A stretch of 64,000 nucleotides of DNA. It comes from an uncultured Candidatus Saccharibacteria bacterium. Its GTDB lineage: Bacteria; Patescibacteriota; Minisyncoccia; 2-02-FULL-40-12; GWA2-44-9. Below are positions 1-9,732 of the stretch, in pieces. Both the position numbers and the translations under genes were made by a program. The notes under the pieces are model-generated. The model searched no databases and was not told the DNA's origin. It was given only the letters and a program-made list of their open reading frames with translations. Every line of letters starts with the position of its first letter. The stretch's first letter is position 1. Location: the NCBI GenBank assembly GCA_964491455.1, contig CAZBFM010000001.1:345893-409892 (forward strand). The letters run 5' to 3'.

Positions 1-250
1 GACTCATCCTTGAGCACCTCTTTAAATGCGGAGATGTAGGCGGCACCCAGCCCCTCCTTCCCGGGCCGTGACAACAAGCGCACCGCTGGATACCGCTGCA
101 TACACTTCCGAACCTCGTCGGCAGTGCCATCAGGAGAATTGTCATCAACCACGAGCACGCCGACCTCGGGCACCCACCGAAAGATCTCCTCAATCAGCGA
201 TGAGATATTGCCGCGCTCGTTATATGTAGGCAAAATGACAACCGTTTTCA
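1..250 (-). CDS. Family-2 glycosyltransferase, Dpm1-like polyprenyl-phosphate sugar synthase; N-terminal 83 aa only, gene runs off the left edge
   Basis: Translating the minus strand from the ATG at 250-248 gives MKTVVILPTYNERGNISSLIEEIFRWVPEVGVLVVDDNSPDGTADEV..., the GT-A fold N-terminus with the DD(N)S motif. Confidence 0.6.
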
Positions 251-255
251 TGGTC

Positions 256-1386
256 TTATTTCATTAACATATCAAATGCCTGACACACGTCCTCTACACT
301 AATGCGCTCCACTTGACGTCGCGCTTCATCGTAATTGTATATGCGAGCATTCATGATATGCACGGCAGGTTTCGTGCGCTCTTTCCACTTCACCACCAGA
401 TGTCCTATGCCTTGCGGCGGTTGCTCGCGCTCATCAACCGGTCCAACGATATCAATCGTCTTCACGCCAAATGCTTCGGCAATATAGATAGGCCCAGTAT
501 CCACCGAAATAAATATATGCATCCGAGCGATGAGCGCCTTCAACGCATCAAGAGAAAGCGCATGGGATGCATCAATTATTGGAGTGTCTCCCGAGATCGC
601 TCCCTTGAATGCAATCACCTCCTCCGCATCGGCTGGCCCGCCAATAAGCATGATTCGCGCCTTATAGTGCGTGTAGATATAATCAGCAACCCGCGCAAAT
701 CGGTCAGCGCCCCAATTTTTAATTTTGTTTCCGCTCGACACTGAAATGCCGACAACGGTATCAGCCTCTTGAATGCCATGCACGTTGAACAATTGCTGAA
801 TCTCTCCCTTCGCTGCTAAAGAAAAACCGAGATGTTTTCGCGTGTCGTTTGTTGTAATTCCCAATGGCTCGAGGAGGCGCAAGTACTCGCCGGGCGCATA
901 TGATCCCATGCGATGCGGTCGCGTGATCGTTACGGCACGCAACAATCCATACATCCAAGTGCTGTTCGGACTAAAGCCGTTTTCGATACGCGGTGCAATA
1001 ATCGCCTTAGCACCGCCCAGAAAAGCAATCGCAAGCGCGGTAAAGCTCGGAGCAACGGAGATGGCAACATCTATGGACAGTGGCGCAACGCGCGCTAGCA
1101 CCTCCTCAAACTCAGTGAATGCAATATATTCGTCGACATCCTGATTATCATTCAGTAGCTCACGATATTGCGGTTGGCCGACCACACACAATCGCGACTC
1201 AGGATACGAGGACTTAATCGCTCGAAATACAGGAGTCGTGCACACCATATCGCCAAGCTGCGCCAGCTGAAATACAAGCACAACTCTTGGGGACTTCGGT
1301 GGCATCTTCGCGGTGCCGTGAATCATCGCGTAAGCAATGCTTCGAAGTAATATACCAAGATACGATATTTTCTTATGCATGATCAT
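256..1386 (-). CDS. Family-9 glycosyltransferase (heptosyltransferase-like)
   Basis: Family-9 signatures (IGISVSSGNKIKNWGADRFARVADYI ... GGPADAEEV). The ORF track starts at 1425, but the ATG at 1386 or 1380 just after the upstream TAA (1373-1375) is the likelier start. Confidence 0.65.
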   Translation of the reverse strand: MIMHKKISYLGILLRSIAYAMIHGTAKMPPKSPRVVLVFQLAQLGDMVCTTPVFRAIKSSYPESRLCVVGQPQYRELLNDNQDVDEYIAFTEFEEVLARVAPLSIDVAISVAPSFTALAIAFLGGAKAIIAPRIENGFSPNSTWMYGLLRAVTITRPHRMGSYAPGEYLRLLEPLGITTNDTRKHLGFSLAAKGEIQQLFNVHGIQEADTVVGISVSSGNKIKNWGADRFARVADYIYTHYKARIMLIGGPADAEEVIAFKGAISGDTPIIDASHALSLDALKALIARMHIFISVDTGPIYIAEAFGVKTIDIVGPVDEREQPPQGIGHLVVKWKERTKPAVHIMNARIYNYDEARRQVERISVEDVCQAFDMLMK

Positions 1387-2032
1387 GCTTACTTGCAACA
1401 AGGAAAAAGGCGCTTGCAAAGGCATCTTTTTCTATCGTTGACCTCTTAATATCTCCATAGATAACATGAAATATTCTGGGCGCCCTTTGTAATATTTTCG
1501 CAAATGAAAACAATAAAAATTTGCTGACGCTATTACTTCGCATGCGACTCTGGTATCCAGCTCTCTGCGCAAGAATTGCAAATGAAGTTTGCGCGTCTGC
1601 CTCTGCTTCTAATTTTTCTATCACCCATCCCCCGTGAAACAGCTCCTGAAGTCCGTACTTGGTAAATCTCCAAAAATCTCCTGGAGCATCGTGTATGGGG
1701 AACAAAAAAGGAACGGAAATAATAATACGACCACCCCGTTTCAAGCATCTCCGCATCTCAGAAATAGCTCGAACGGGTTCTTTCAGGTGCTCAAGTACGG
1801 ACATACAAAGCACAACATCAAATTCTTCATCTTGAAATGGAAGCTCGTACACGCTAGCCACAACATCCACTCCTGGGCCGGACTTGATATCGATTCCCGT
1901 TCGGTTTGGAAAATACGATCCATACCCCGGCCTTCCGTATGATCCGATCTCCAATACGCGCCCGTCCGAAGCATACGGAGCAACAAGTGCATCAAGCCTT
2001 TTTCTGCTTATTTTGTCGGTGAGAACGCTCAT
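1373..2032 (-). CDS. Class I SAM-dependent methyltransferase (type 11)
   Basis: VLEIGSYGRPG motif I and VVLCMSVLEHLKEP post-I motif. Confidence 0.7.
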   Translation of the reverse strand: MSVLTDKISRKRLDALVAPYASDGRVLEIGSYGRPGYGSYFPNRTGIDIKSGPGVDVVASVYELPFQDEEFDVVLCMSVLEHLKEPVRAISEMRRCLKRGGRIIISVPFLFPIHDAPGDFWRFTKYGLQELFHGGWVIEKLEAEADAQTSFAILAQRAGYQSRMRSNSVSKFLLFSFAKILQRAPRIFHVIYGDIKRSTIEKDAFASAFFLVASKHDHA

Positions 2033-2101
2033 TTTTTCTAGACTTTACGATACCATGCTCGTGGCAAAACAAAAAGAAGGCGCCCCTGATGGGGCGCCAC
2101 G

Positions 2102-3508
2102 CTAGTACGGAATACCAGCGTCGTGCACTTCTTGGCAAAAATCGAGCCAGAACGACTGGATCTGCTCTCGACTCAATGCCGATGTTGACGTAACCACGCT
2201 CAGCTTGTCACGAGAACCAGCGTAAAAGTAGTCACCATCAAGGAGAGCGGTGTCAATCTCCATCTTTATGTCGTAGTCGTGCACAGCATCTTGACCATAC
2301 TCAGCTGCACGCTGAGCGTCAGTGCCCTTTGAAATTGGCGTACCCGGAAATGGAATATACGTGCAAATATTCACGCGATCAGGCCTATTTTCAAGCACCC
2401 ATTTGCGCGTTGCAATCATGCTCGCCATATCCTCACCCGGCAGCCCAAGGATAACTGATGCCTTAAACCGAATACCAATCTCGCGACACCATTGACGCAC
2501 GAGTGTATTCTGCTCGACGCTCGTACCCTTATGAATGGTATCGAGGATGCGCTGATCTCCAGACTCAACACCTACCAGCACCTCGCGCAAGCCATGATCG
2601 TACATCATCTGCATAAACGACTTGCCGTACTTGGGATGCGTCATGATGTCGACGCGTATGAAGCACCTCCAGTAAAAACCGAAGGACTTGAGTTGCTTGC
2701 AGATTTCAATCATTCGCGGGCGAGCGAGCGGCAAGATGTCGTCGAAGAAATGAATTGCAGAGAATCCGAGATCTCGAATCTGCTGGAATTCCATCACAAC
2801 TCTTGGAATGGGGATGTAGCGGACAGCACGACCCCACAACGCCGGACTGTCGCAGAAGGCACAGCGCTCAGGACAGCCACGAGATGAAAACATCGTTGTG
2901 CCTGGATGCTTATTACCGCGCTCATCGTCGAGTACGTAATGATATTTGTGCGCTTCGGATCGATCGGGAATCGGAATCGCCCCTAAATCGGCAATGTTCG
3001 GTTCTTGTATGACCAATCCGCGCCCGTGGCGTGCCATGTAGTCATGCGCCTCATCAAGTCGAGCCAATGCCTGGAAGACGGCCTGCTCGCCCTCTCGCTT
3101 GACCGCGATGTGATAAGAGCTCAAGAGTTGCTGGTCTATTGGCTCTGTCTCACCAATAATCGGTATGCCAGGACCTGACGTAACCGGCCCAGCATAGTTC
3201 GTGACGTTTGGCCCACCTACGATGGTCGTGCATCCACGCTCTCGAAGATACGCTCCGAGTCGACGTATTTCACGCGCTTGAGGGGAGGTCCCAGAAACGA
3301 GATACGCGTCGTACCCACTCGAAGGTGGCACCTCACGCTTTGCTACACGGGCACCCGTGGCGTCAATCCGATACTCCGACATGTCCACGTAGTCAACTTC
3401 GTGACCCTGACCCTGTAAAGCTGCCTTTAGATAGAACAACCCCAGCGGAGGAAAGACCATGGGATCTTCGAAAATGGTCGTCTTAGGGAAAATGAGACAG
3501 ATCTTCAT
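2102..3508 (-). CDS. B12-binding domain radical SAM enzyme
   Basis: N-terminal B12-binding-like domain (MKICLIFPKT...) and a CPERCAFC (CxxxCxxC) radical SAM cluster motif. Confidence 0.75.
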   Translation of the reverse strand: MKICLIFPKTTIFEDPMVFPPLGLFYLKAALQGQGHEVDYVDMSEYRIDATGARVAKREVPPSSGYDAYLVSGTSPQAREIRRLGAYLRERGCTTIVGGPNVTNYAGPVTSGPGIPIIGETEPIDQQLLSSYHIAVKREGEQAVFQALARLDEAHDYMARHGRGLVIQEPNIADLGAIPIPDRSEAHKYHYVLDDERGNKHPGTTMFSSRGCPERCAFCDSPALWGRAVRYIPIPRVVMEFQQIRDLGFSAIHFFDDILPLARPRMIEICKQLKSFGFYWRCFIRVDIMTHPKYGKSFMQMMYDHGLREVLVGVESGDQRILDTIHKGTSVEQNTLVRQWCREIGIRFKASVILGLPGEDMASMIATRKWVLENRPDRVNICTYIPFPGTPISKGTDAQRAAEYGQDAVHDYDIKMEIDTALLDGDYFYAGSRDKLSVVTSTSALSREQIQSFWLDFCQEVHDAGIPY

Positions 3509-3588
3509 CTCAACCTACTTTCTTCAATAGTGATTGTGGTGTTGTAAAATAGCTGGCAATTTATACCACAAATAGAAGTTCGAGACAA

Positions 3589-4719
3589 TCAACACCTCGC
3601 TATAAAATCACAGATATGAAGCGCTCGATTTTTCCACGTATAACGCCTCACTGACTCTTTAGCTTTTGATGCGCGCAGATCATCCTCCGAAAGTGCGCGC
3701 CGAATGCCACCGGCCATCGAAAGCGCATCATCGGGAATCACAAACACAGCCGCGTCGTCGGGAAGAATTTCACGGATGGAAGGCAAATCGGATGCGACTA
3801 TGGGTGTACCCGAAGCCATGTATTCGAATAACTTCAGCGGAGATGTATAGCGACTTGAAATCTTTTCCTTCTGCGAATTTGGAAGCGCCACAACATCACC
3901 CGCTCGCAGGTATGTCGCAACATCGTGATGAGGTACAAATCCTCGAAACACAATATTTTTTTGCTCACTATAGTTCGCTTTGTATGCTTGTATGTCTTCA
4001 GGAGTCCCCCCGACGAGAACGAATAGCACATCCTCTAATCTCGCTGCAGCGCCCAGAAGCGTCTCGACACCTTTCCATCCATACAAATGCCCCGCGTATA
4101 CAACAATCTTACTATCCTGCGGCAAATCAAGCGCTGTTCGCGCAGTAGAGCGGCTTGGAACCCCCTGGAACATACCAAGATCAACCCCATCCGGGGCGAC
4201 GCCAATGCGTCCCGGATATACTTCCGCAACATCGTCACGCAAACCATTCGATATAGCGATAACCCCGCCAATAGCATGTAGCACCTTCCGATATAGGTAC
4301 GAATGAATGTTGCTCGGCATTGAATGCATCTCCCAATACATCGGCATTCCCAGCGACCGAAGCGCGAAAAGCGCGAAAGGATCGCGAGAGTATATGACAC
4401 CACCCTTCCCCGAAAGATACCTTCGCACAGCATAGCCAAAGAATAGCTGTTGCAGCCAAAAAAATATCTTTGCGAGAGGAGCATATCTGGTAACCGTAAT
4501 AAAATCCGCCGCAGGAAGTCGTGTTACTTTGAACGGATATTGGATTCCGTAATATTTCATTGGATCTCGTTCGGTGATTGACGGATAAGTTCGACGATCT
4601 GGAATAATCAACTCACACTCCACACCACAAGAAGCAAATGCTTCGCACATCTTCATAATTTGAAGTCCATGCGCCTTTGGAGTTGGCAACTGATTATTGG
4701 CAACGTAATAGAGTTTCAT
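3589..4719 (-). CDS. Family-4 glycosyltransferase
   Basis: C-terminal EX7E-type motif (LFEYMASGTPIVASD). Confidence 0.75.
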   Translation of the reverse strand: MKLYYVANNQLPTPKAHGLQIMKMCEAFASCGVECELIIPDRRTYPSITERDPMKYYGIQYPFKVTRLPAADFITVTRYAPLAKIFFWLQQLFFGYAVRRYLSGKGGVIYSRDPFALFALRSLGMPMYWEMHSMPSNIHSYLYRKVLHAIGGVIAISNGLRDDVAEVYPGRIGVAPDGVDLGMFQGVPSRSTARTALDLPQDSKIVVYAGHLYGWKGVETLLGAAARLEDVLFVLVGGTPEDIQAYKANYSEQKNIVFRGFVPHHDVATYLRAGDVVALPNSQKEKISSRYTSPLKLFEYMASGTPIVASDLPSIREILPDDAAVFVIPDDALSMAGGIRRALSEDDLRASKAKESVRRYTWKNRALHICDFIARC

Positions 4720-5729
4720 GCGTTCAGTCCTGTTATTCGGAGCACCTCAGACATTCTGTCGAGATACGTATGCGACGCTCGGGTGCGTTCAAACCCGGCA
4801 CGAGCGATCCGCATACGCTCCTCGTCATGAACCAGATAGTATGCGGCTTTTTCTCGTATATCGTGCTGATCATGAAATGGGACGAATTCCTCCCCCTCAC
4901 TGAAGAGCTTATAAATCTCCTTCTTATCATCTCGGTTTAGTAAGAATCCGCCCGCACCGGTGATTTCAAATGGGCGCACGTTTACGCCAGTACCAAGCAC
5001 ATCGGATACATGCATGCTAATGACCACCTTGCTGCGCGCGTAAATGCTCGCCATCTCCAGAGCAGAAGGGTACCCGTGATAGACATCCCGCAAACTCGTA
5101 TCTTTCCAGGCTTTATTTCCCCATATATGCAGCCCCAAGTCTTTTACCCGAGCTAGAATATGCTCGCGATCCGCATATCGAACGCGATCATACGAACCAA
5201 TAAATGAGATGGGGTACTCGAAGTCAGCGCTGGGAAATACTGCATCCTTCGAAATATCGGCGCAGAATGGAAGATAGTTGGCGCAACGATATCCAGCATC
5301 AGAGAGCGCAGAAACAACGAGAGGATCAAAGTTAAAAAAATGGGTGTAGTGCGGTGCAATGCGAAGTATCCGCTGAAGATGGTCCATCGTTTCTGGATAC
5401 CAATTCACAACAACCGAATTCCGACGAAGTTCGTCGAGCATATCGAGCCCCAGAGCCTTCCCTTTAGAGACGAATATGAGATCCGGTTGAAATCGACGAG
5501 CAACATTGAGAATGTGATGATCCACCTTCCGTAGCTCCCTCTGGCGAAGAGGTTCGCGGATAACGGCAGGAAGCTTATCGAATATGCGCTGCGGCATTGT
5601 ATTCGTCATCAGCAACGTTGTCCCCAAATAATCAGCGAACTGAACCTCCCACCCGAGCTGCTGGAATGCTCGCGTGATCGGTTCAGTAAAAATTGAATAT
5701 CGCTGGCTAATGAGAAGTACTTTTTTCAT
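4716..5729 (-). CDS. CgeB-like / DUF3880-type glycosyltransferase
   Basis: GT-B-like C-terminus (ITGAGGFLLNRDD ... FVPF), no classic family-4 motif. Overlaps neighbours by 4 nt. Confidence 0.45.
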   Translation of the reverse strand: MKKVLLISQRYSIFTEPITRAFQQLGWEVQFADYLGTTLLMTNTMPQRIFDKLPAVIREPLRQRELRKVDHHILNVARRFQPDLIFVSKGKALGLDMLDELRRNSVVVNWYPETMDHLQRILRIAPHYTHFFNFDPLVVSALSDAGYRCANYLPFCADISKDAVFPSADFEYPISFIGSYDRVRYADREHILARVKDLGLHIWGNKAWKDTSLRDVYHGYPSALEMASIYARSKVVISMHVSDVLGTGVNVRPFEITGAGGFLLNRDDKKEIYKLFSEGEEFVPFHDQHDIREKAAYYLVHDEERMRIARAGFERTRASHTYLDRMSEVLRITGLNA

Positions 5730-6579
5730 GTGATGGCTCCCCTAGTACTGCAATGCGAATTCTGAATTTTACCGCCCCATACAGAAGAAGCCACTTATAC
5801 TGAACACGTCGAAATTCGTATGCAGGTGGAAGCGACTCAGAGAAACCGTGACGGGCGTACATCCAGATGATGCGAACTATTGTCCAGACCAAACCACCAA
5901 CATTTCTATATACAATCCAGTACAAGAAGTCTTTGAGTGGAATTTTCACCGCTTCACGAATCTGAATTTGAATGTGTCCACGATTTAGATTTGGCTCATA
6001 CGGTGGAATACCCCCCTGTGGTTCAACAATCACAAACCAGGGATTCTTCATGGTTCCTACGGGAAACTTCTGGGTATCAAATGCGAGCCGCGAGTGAGGC
6101 GTCCGCTCGTGTCGAATCCCGGATGCTCGATTCATGAGACGCATCTGGTACCCAGGATACGCAGTCGAATACTTCATTTCACGTCCATTGAAATTGATAT
6201 GCCCAGGAAGCCGCCAAATATAATGCGTAATAGGATCCGTTGTGACGATTGTTCGAATCTCCTCAGCAGTACGCGAAGGAAGCTCTTCATCGGTATCAAG
6301 ATAAAAGTTCCAATCGTAGCGCCCCTCCTCAATAGCTTTATTTCTGAGAGCGGCGACATCTTTGAATCGATAATTCGGCTGATCGGTATCAGCCTGCTTA
6401 ACAATGTGACTCGTGTATTCACGAGCAATGGCGAGCGTGTCGTCGGTACTATTGCCATCGAGAATGAGGATATCGTCAAAGTCCTTCAAGCTCTCCAAGC
6501 ACCGACGCAGCACACGACCCGAATTCAACGTGAACACTTGCACCGTACATGGTATCTTTTTATTACCCTCGGAAGACAT
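5707..6579 (-). CDS. Family-2 glycosyltransferase
   Basis: VQVFTLNSGRVLRRCLESLKDFDDILILDGNSTDDT GT-A motifs. The internal ATG at 6579 (MSSEGNKK) is the likelier start because the ORF otherwise overlaps the upstream gene by 155 nt. Confidence 0.7.
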   Translation of the reverse strand: MSSEGNKKIPCTVQVFTLNSGRVLRRCLESLKDFDDILILDGNSTDDTLAIAREYTSHIVKQADTDQPNYRFKDVAALRNKAIEEGRYDWNFYLDTDEELPSRTAEEIRTIVTTDPITHYIWRLPGHINFNGREMKYSTAYPGYQMRLMNRASGIRHERTPHSRLAFDTQKFPVGTMKNPWFVIVEPQGGIPPYEPNLNRGHIQIQIREAVKIPLKDFLYWIVYRNVGGLVWTIVRIIWMYARHGFSESLPPAYEFRRVQYKWLLLYGAVKFRIRIAVLGEPSHEKSTSH

Positions 6580-7759
6580 CGTGAAATAATGAAAACATCT
6601 TCTTACCAATGACCTCGTTGCTAAAGTGGGATGCAATATACTCTCGACCATTCTTGCCGAGCTGCCGCGCCAGCTCAGGATTCCGCAACAATGCAGCCAT
6701 CGCTTCATAGAGAGCATCTTCGTCGTTCGGAGGCACCATGATTCCCGTTTTCTGATCGATCAACACCTCGTCGATTGATCCCGAGTGCGTTGAAATCACT
6801 GGGACTTCGCACAGAGATGCTTCTGCAATCGAATATCCGAACTGCTCCTCCCAGCCATCGAGCGGAATACTTGGATACAAAAACACATCAGCCGCATTAT
6901 ACAGCGCTGGGAGTTTATCATTTTCAGTAATCCAGGGCACAAATATAACCTCGGCTTGCAGCTGCAATTGCTGCACGAGTGCCCGCAACTCTGATTCATA
7001 CTCTCCACTTCCAACGATTAATAATTTTATAGCGAATAGTTGCTTTATTCGCGCCAGCGCACGCAATGCTATATGAATTCCTTTGCGCTTTCCGAGGGCG
7101 CCCACGAAAAGAAATACCTTGCTCCCCTCCAAATTGTATTGCCTGGAGATATCTGCGTGTGGTATATCAGGGCGGAAGCGGCGGGTATCAAATCCCGCGT
7201 GTAAAAATGCACCTGAAGTGATACTAGTTCCGAATGACTGGAGAATGCGCTCGGCCTTGTGCATACCACAAATGGCACCGTCCGAGAGAGCGAGTGTTGC
7301 TCGTATAATGAGTTGCTTCATTCGATGCTTCACGCCGCTGTCTTTTTCAGCATAGGGAATGTTCTCCCAATAGTGAAATACGTGCTTCATGCCGAACAAC
7401 TTTGCCCAACATGCGTTATAGAGTGTCGATAGCAGGTTTGGCTCTCCTGCGGTAAATAAAATATCCGCTCCCTTCGTGAATCGGATCCACGCGAGACGAA
7501 CAACAAAAAATGGCATCCATCCCTTTAAGAGCCCCCCTATAACTGGGTATTGGGAATGAGTAAAATATGCTGGCGAGTGATAGATTTGAAACCCCTTTCT
7601 CGTGAACGGCTTGAACACAACCCTTCCGTTTTTTGCCGTCCAGTTACTTGGCAAGATAAAGAACAGGCGCTCCCGCTCCGGATACGATTCGAAAACATCA
7701 AATAAATTCTGTCGGGTATAGGTATAACCTGTAACAACGATGTTCATATTCGTTCGCAC
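6563..7759 (-). CDS. Family-4 glycosyltransferase
   Basis: EEQFGYSIAEASLCEVPVISTHSGSIDEV. Confidence 0.75.
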   Translation of the reverse strand: MRTNMNIVVTGYTYTRQNLFDVFESYPERERLFFILPSNWTAKNGRVVFKPFTRKGFQIYHSPAYFTHSQYPVIGGLLKGWMPFFVVRLAWIRFTKGADILFTAGEPNLLSTLYNACWAKLFGMKHVFHYWENIPYAEKDSGVKHRMKQLIIRATLALSDGAICGMHKAERILQSFGTSITSGAFLHAGFDTRRFRPDIPHADISRQYNLEGSKVFLFVGALGKRKGIHIALRALARIKQLFAIKLLIVGSGEYESELRALVQQLQLQAEVIFVPWITENDKLPALYNAADVFLYPSIPLDGWEEQFGYSIAEASLCEVPVISTHSGSIDEVLIDQKTGIMVPPNDEDALYEAMAALLRNPELARQLGKNGREYIASHFSNEVIGKKMFSLFHDVFRG

Positions 7760-8589
7760 AGCACGTTGATCGATGAGAATTGAAGAATATCAGATTCTTT
7801 CAAAACCTCACACTTTCGATCGATGTTTTTTAGGGTATAGCCGATTCCTACGAGACGATGCATCAATGCCGCGCCAGAGGAACCAAACACTTGCTGCGCT
7901 TCATCATATATCTCGATGGTCATGCGTGGAGTACCCCGAAGTACACGTTCAGCGCCATCAATAAATAGACCTTCGGCGCCATCGATGTCACATTTAATGA
8001 AATCAACGGAAGTAATGTGATGCTTATCTACGAATTCATCGAGCAATATCATGGGCACAAGCTCTTTCGATGATGCTTGCACGAGTTCTGACGATAAATT
8101 GGCCGTACCGGCACCTGCGTCGTCGTAATACGGAACCTGCGCACGCACATTGCCCACTGCAGCTCGAGTGCACATCACATTCTCCAGCTTATTTAGGTGA
8201 AGACTCTTCTGCAGTACGCCAATAAGCTTGTCGTCCATGTCGAACGCATATACTCGTCCCCGAGGACCGACGAGATGAGCCATAAGGATCGTGTACCAAC
8301 CAAAATTTGAGCCAACATCCATGACGGTCATGCCAGGTTTTATCATCACGTGGAATAACGCGGTCATCTCCGGTTCGTAGACACCGCAGAAGAAGAGACT
8401 CCTATTGAGCGCATGAATAGTATCGATCCAAAAATAGAAACCCTGAACACGAATCGCTCCCTCGTAGCGATGTCCCAGTATCGCGAGACTGGCGTTGATG
8501 AGCATCGTCTTCCCACGAGGAACTGTACGGATTACAAATCGCATCAGGTCAAACGCGGCTCGACGCGTTGTCATCGCTAAATCATACAT
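7744..8589 (-). CDS. FkbM-family methyltransferase
   Basis: VMDVGSNFGWYTILMA motif. An ATG at 8589 lies 1 nt after the upstream stop. Confidence 0.65.
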   Translation of the reverse strand: MYDLAMTTRRAAFDLMRFVIRTVPRGKTMLINASLAILGHRYEGAIRVQGFYFWIDTIHALNRSLFFCGVYEPEMTALFHVMIKPGMTVMDVGSNFGWYTILMAHLVGPRGRVYAFDMDDKLIGVLQKSLHLNKLENVMCTRAAVGNVRAQVPYYDDAGAGTANLSSELVQASSKELVPMILLDEFVDKHHITSVDFIKCDIDGAEGLFIDGAERVLRGTPRMTIEIYDEAQQVFGSSGAALMHRLVGIGYTLKNIDRKCEVLKESDILQFSSINVLCERI

Positions 8590-8590
8590 A

Positions 8591-9238
8591 TCACATGGAC
8601 TTCTCTGCTTCGATAATGAAGTGCGTTGCAAACAAGCTTGGCCAGAATCTCAGTAAGGCTGTTAATGTACCAGGGAAGTAATAATGATTTTCACGCACAA
8701 CCGAGAACCCACTCTCGCGCAAAACCTCTCGCAGATAGCGATAATCAAACCAGCGGATATGCCCAAAATCAAAATCGCCTTGCTCTGTATATGCAAATCT
8801 TCCAAACAGGAATGTGAGTCGATTGCGCCACGAAAAGAAATTCGGCGTCGTCACAATCATGCGACCGCCCGGACGCAACGTGGTAGCAACACTCTTGAGG
8901 AACGCAACTGGATCAAACACATGCTCAATCACAGCGGCAACAATAGCAAGATCAAATGACTGACTCGCCAGATGTTCAGGCCACTCCGCTTGTATATCAA
9001 GTTCATATGCATCGTCGAGCACCTGCTTTGCATGCTCAACTGCAGCATGCGAAACATCGACACCCACAACATAATTGCCCCTCTCTCGTACGAGCTTCCC
9101 CAGATATCCTCGCGAACATGCGACATCAATCACCCGTAAATTCGGCCCGCCCACAAGCTTCATAATGTTACGACGGCGAGTAGTGCTGATGCCGTACGTG
9201 ACACTCTTTTCTTCATATGCACGTTGTGTCTGATTCAT
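8591..9238 (-). CDS. Class I SAM-dependent methyltransferase
   Basis: VIDVACSRGYLG motif I and LAIVAAVIEHV. Confidence 0.7.
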   Translation of the reverse strand: MNQTQRAYEEKSVTYGISTTRRRNIMKLVGGPNLRVIDVACSRGYLGKLVRERGNYVVGVDVSHAAVEHAKQVLDDAYELDIQAEWPEHLASQSFDLAIVAAVIEHVFDPVAFLKSVATTLRPGGRMIVTTPNFFSWRNRLTFLFGRFAYTEQGDFDFGHIRWFDYRYLREVLRESGFSVVRENHYYFPGTLTALLRFWPSLFATHFIIEAEKSM

Positions 9239-9246
9239 AAGGAGCG

Positions 9247-9732
9247 TTAGTTAAACGTTTTCATGAATGCACGAATCTTTTTCCAGGCAGCATCAGTTTC
9301 AATTTCATCCTCGTGAATATCCAGTTGTTCTGGCTTTTTCGGATTCCATGCAGGATAGCGATACACCAAGACATACGCGGGAGTTTTTCCCACATTTTCT
9401 ATAGCGTGTGGATATCCCCTCGGAAGAAAGACCGTTTTGAAGTCACCATCCCCCATGAGCACCTCTTCTTTTTCTGTTTTACTCCTATAAATAATCTCTT
9501 TCACAGAACCCTTGATACATGTGACGAAATAATCAGACTGCGCATGGAGATGATACCCCTTTACAACGCCGGGTTTCGCAACCGTGAGATACACCTGCCC
9601 TTTGATGTGCTTCGTGAACGCATCCTTGTCACTGAATAGCTCGAGGAGCCAGCCATTGGCCCTTCCCGAACGACCCTTGGTTTCAACGCGCTTACACGGT
9701 CGCGTCGTTACGATGTGGTTGACTTTTTTCAT
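9247..9732 (-). CDS. WxcM/FdtA-like cupin (dTDP-sugar 3,4-ketoisomerase-like)
   Basis: Small cupin with GWLLELF ... KGYHLHAQSDYFV ... RGYPHAIEN motifs. Confidence 0.5.
   Translation of the reverse strand: MKKVNHIVTTRPCKRVETKGRSGRANGWLLELFSDKDAFTKHIKGQVYLTVAKPGVVKGYHLHAQSDYFVTCIKGSVKEIIYRSKTEKEEVLMGDGDFKTVFLPRGYPHAIENVGKTPAYVLVYRYPAWNPKKPEQLDIHEDEIETDAAWKKIRAFMKTFN

Noticed and set aside
313-744. 143-aa plus-strand ORF inside the family-9 glycosyltransferase gene
   Set aside because: It is antisense to a glycosyltransferase with clear family motifs, and no independent support exists.
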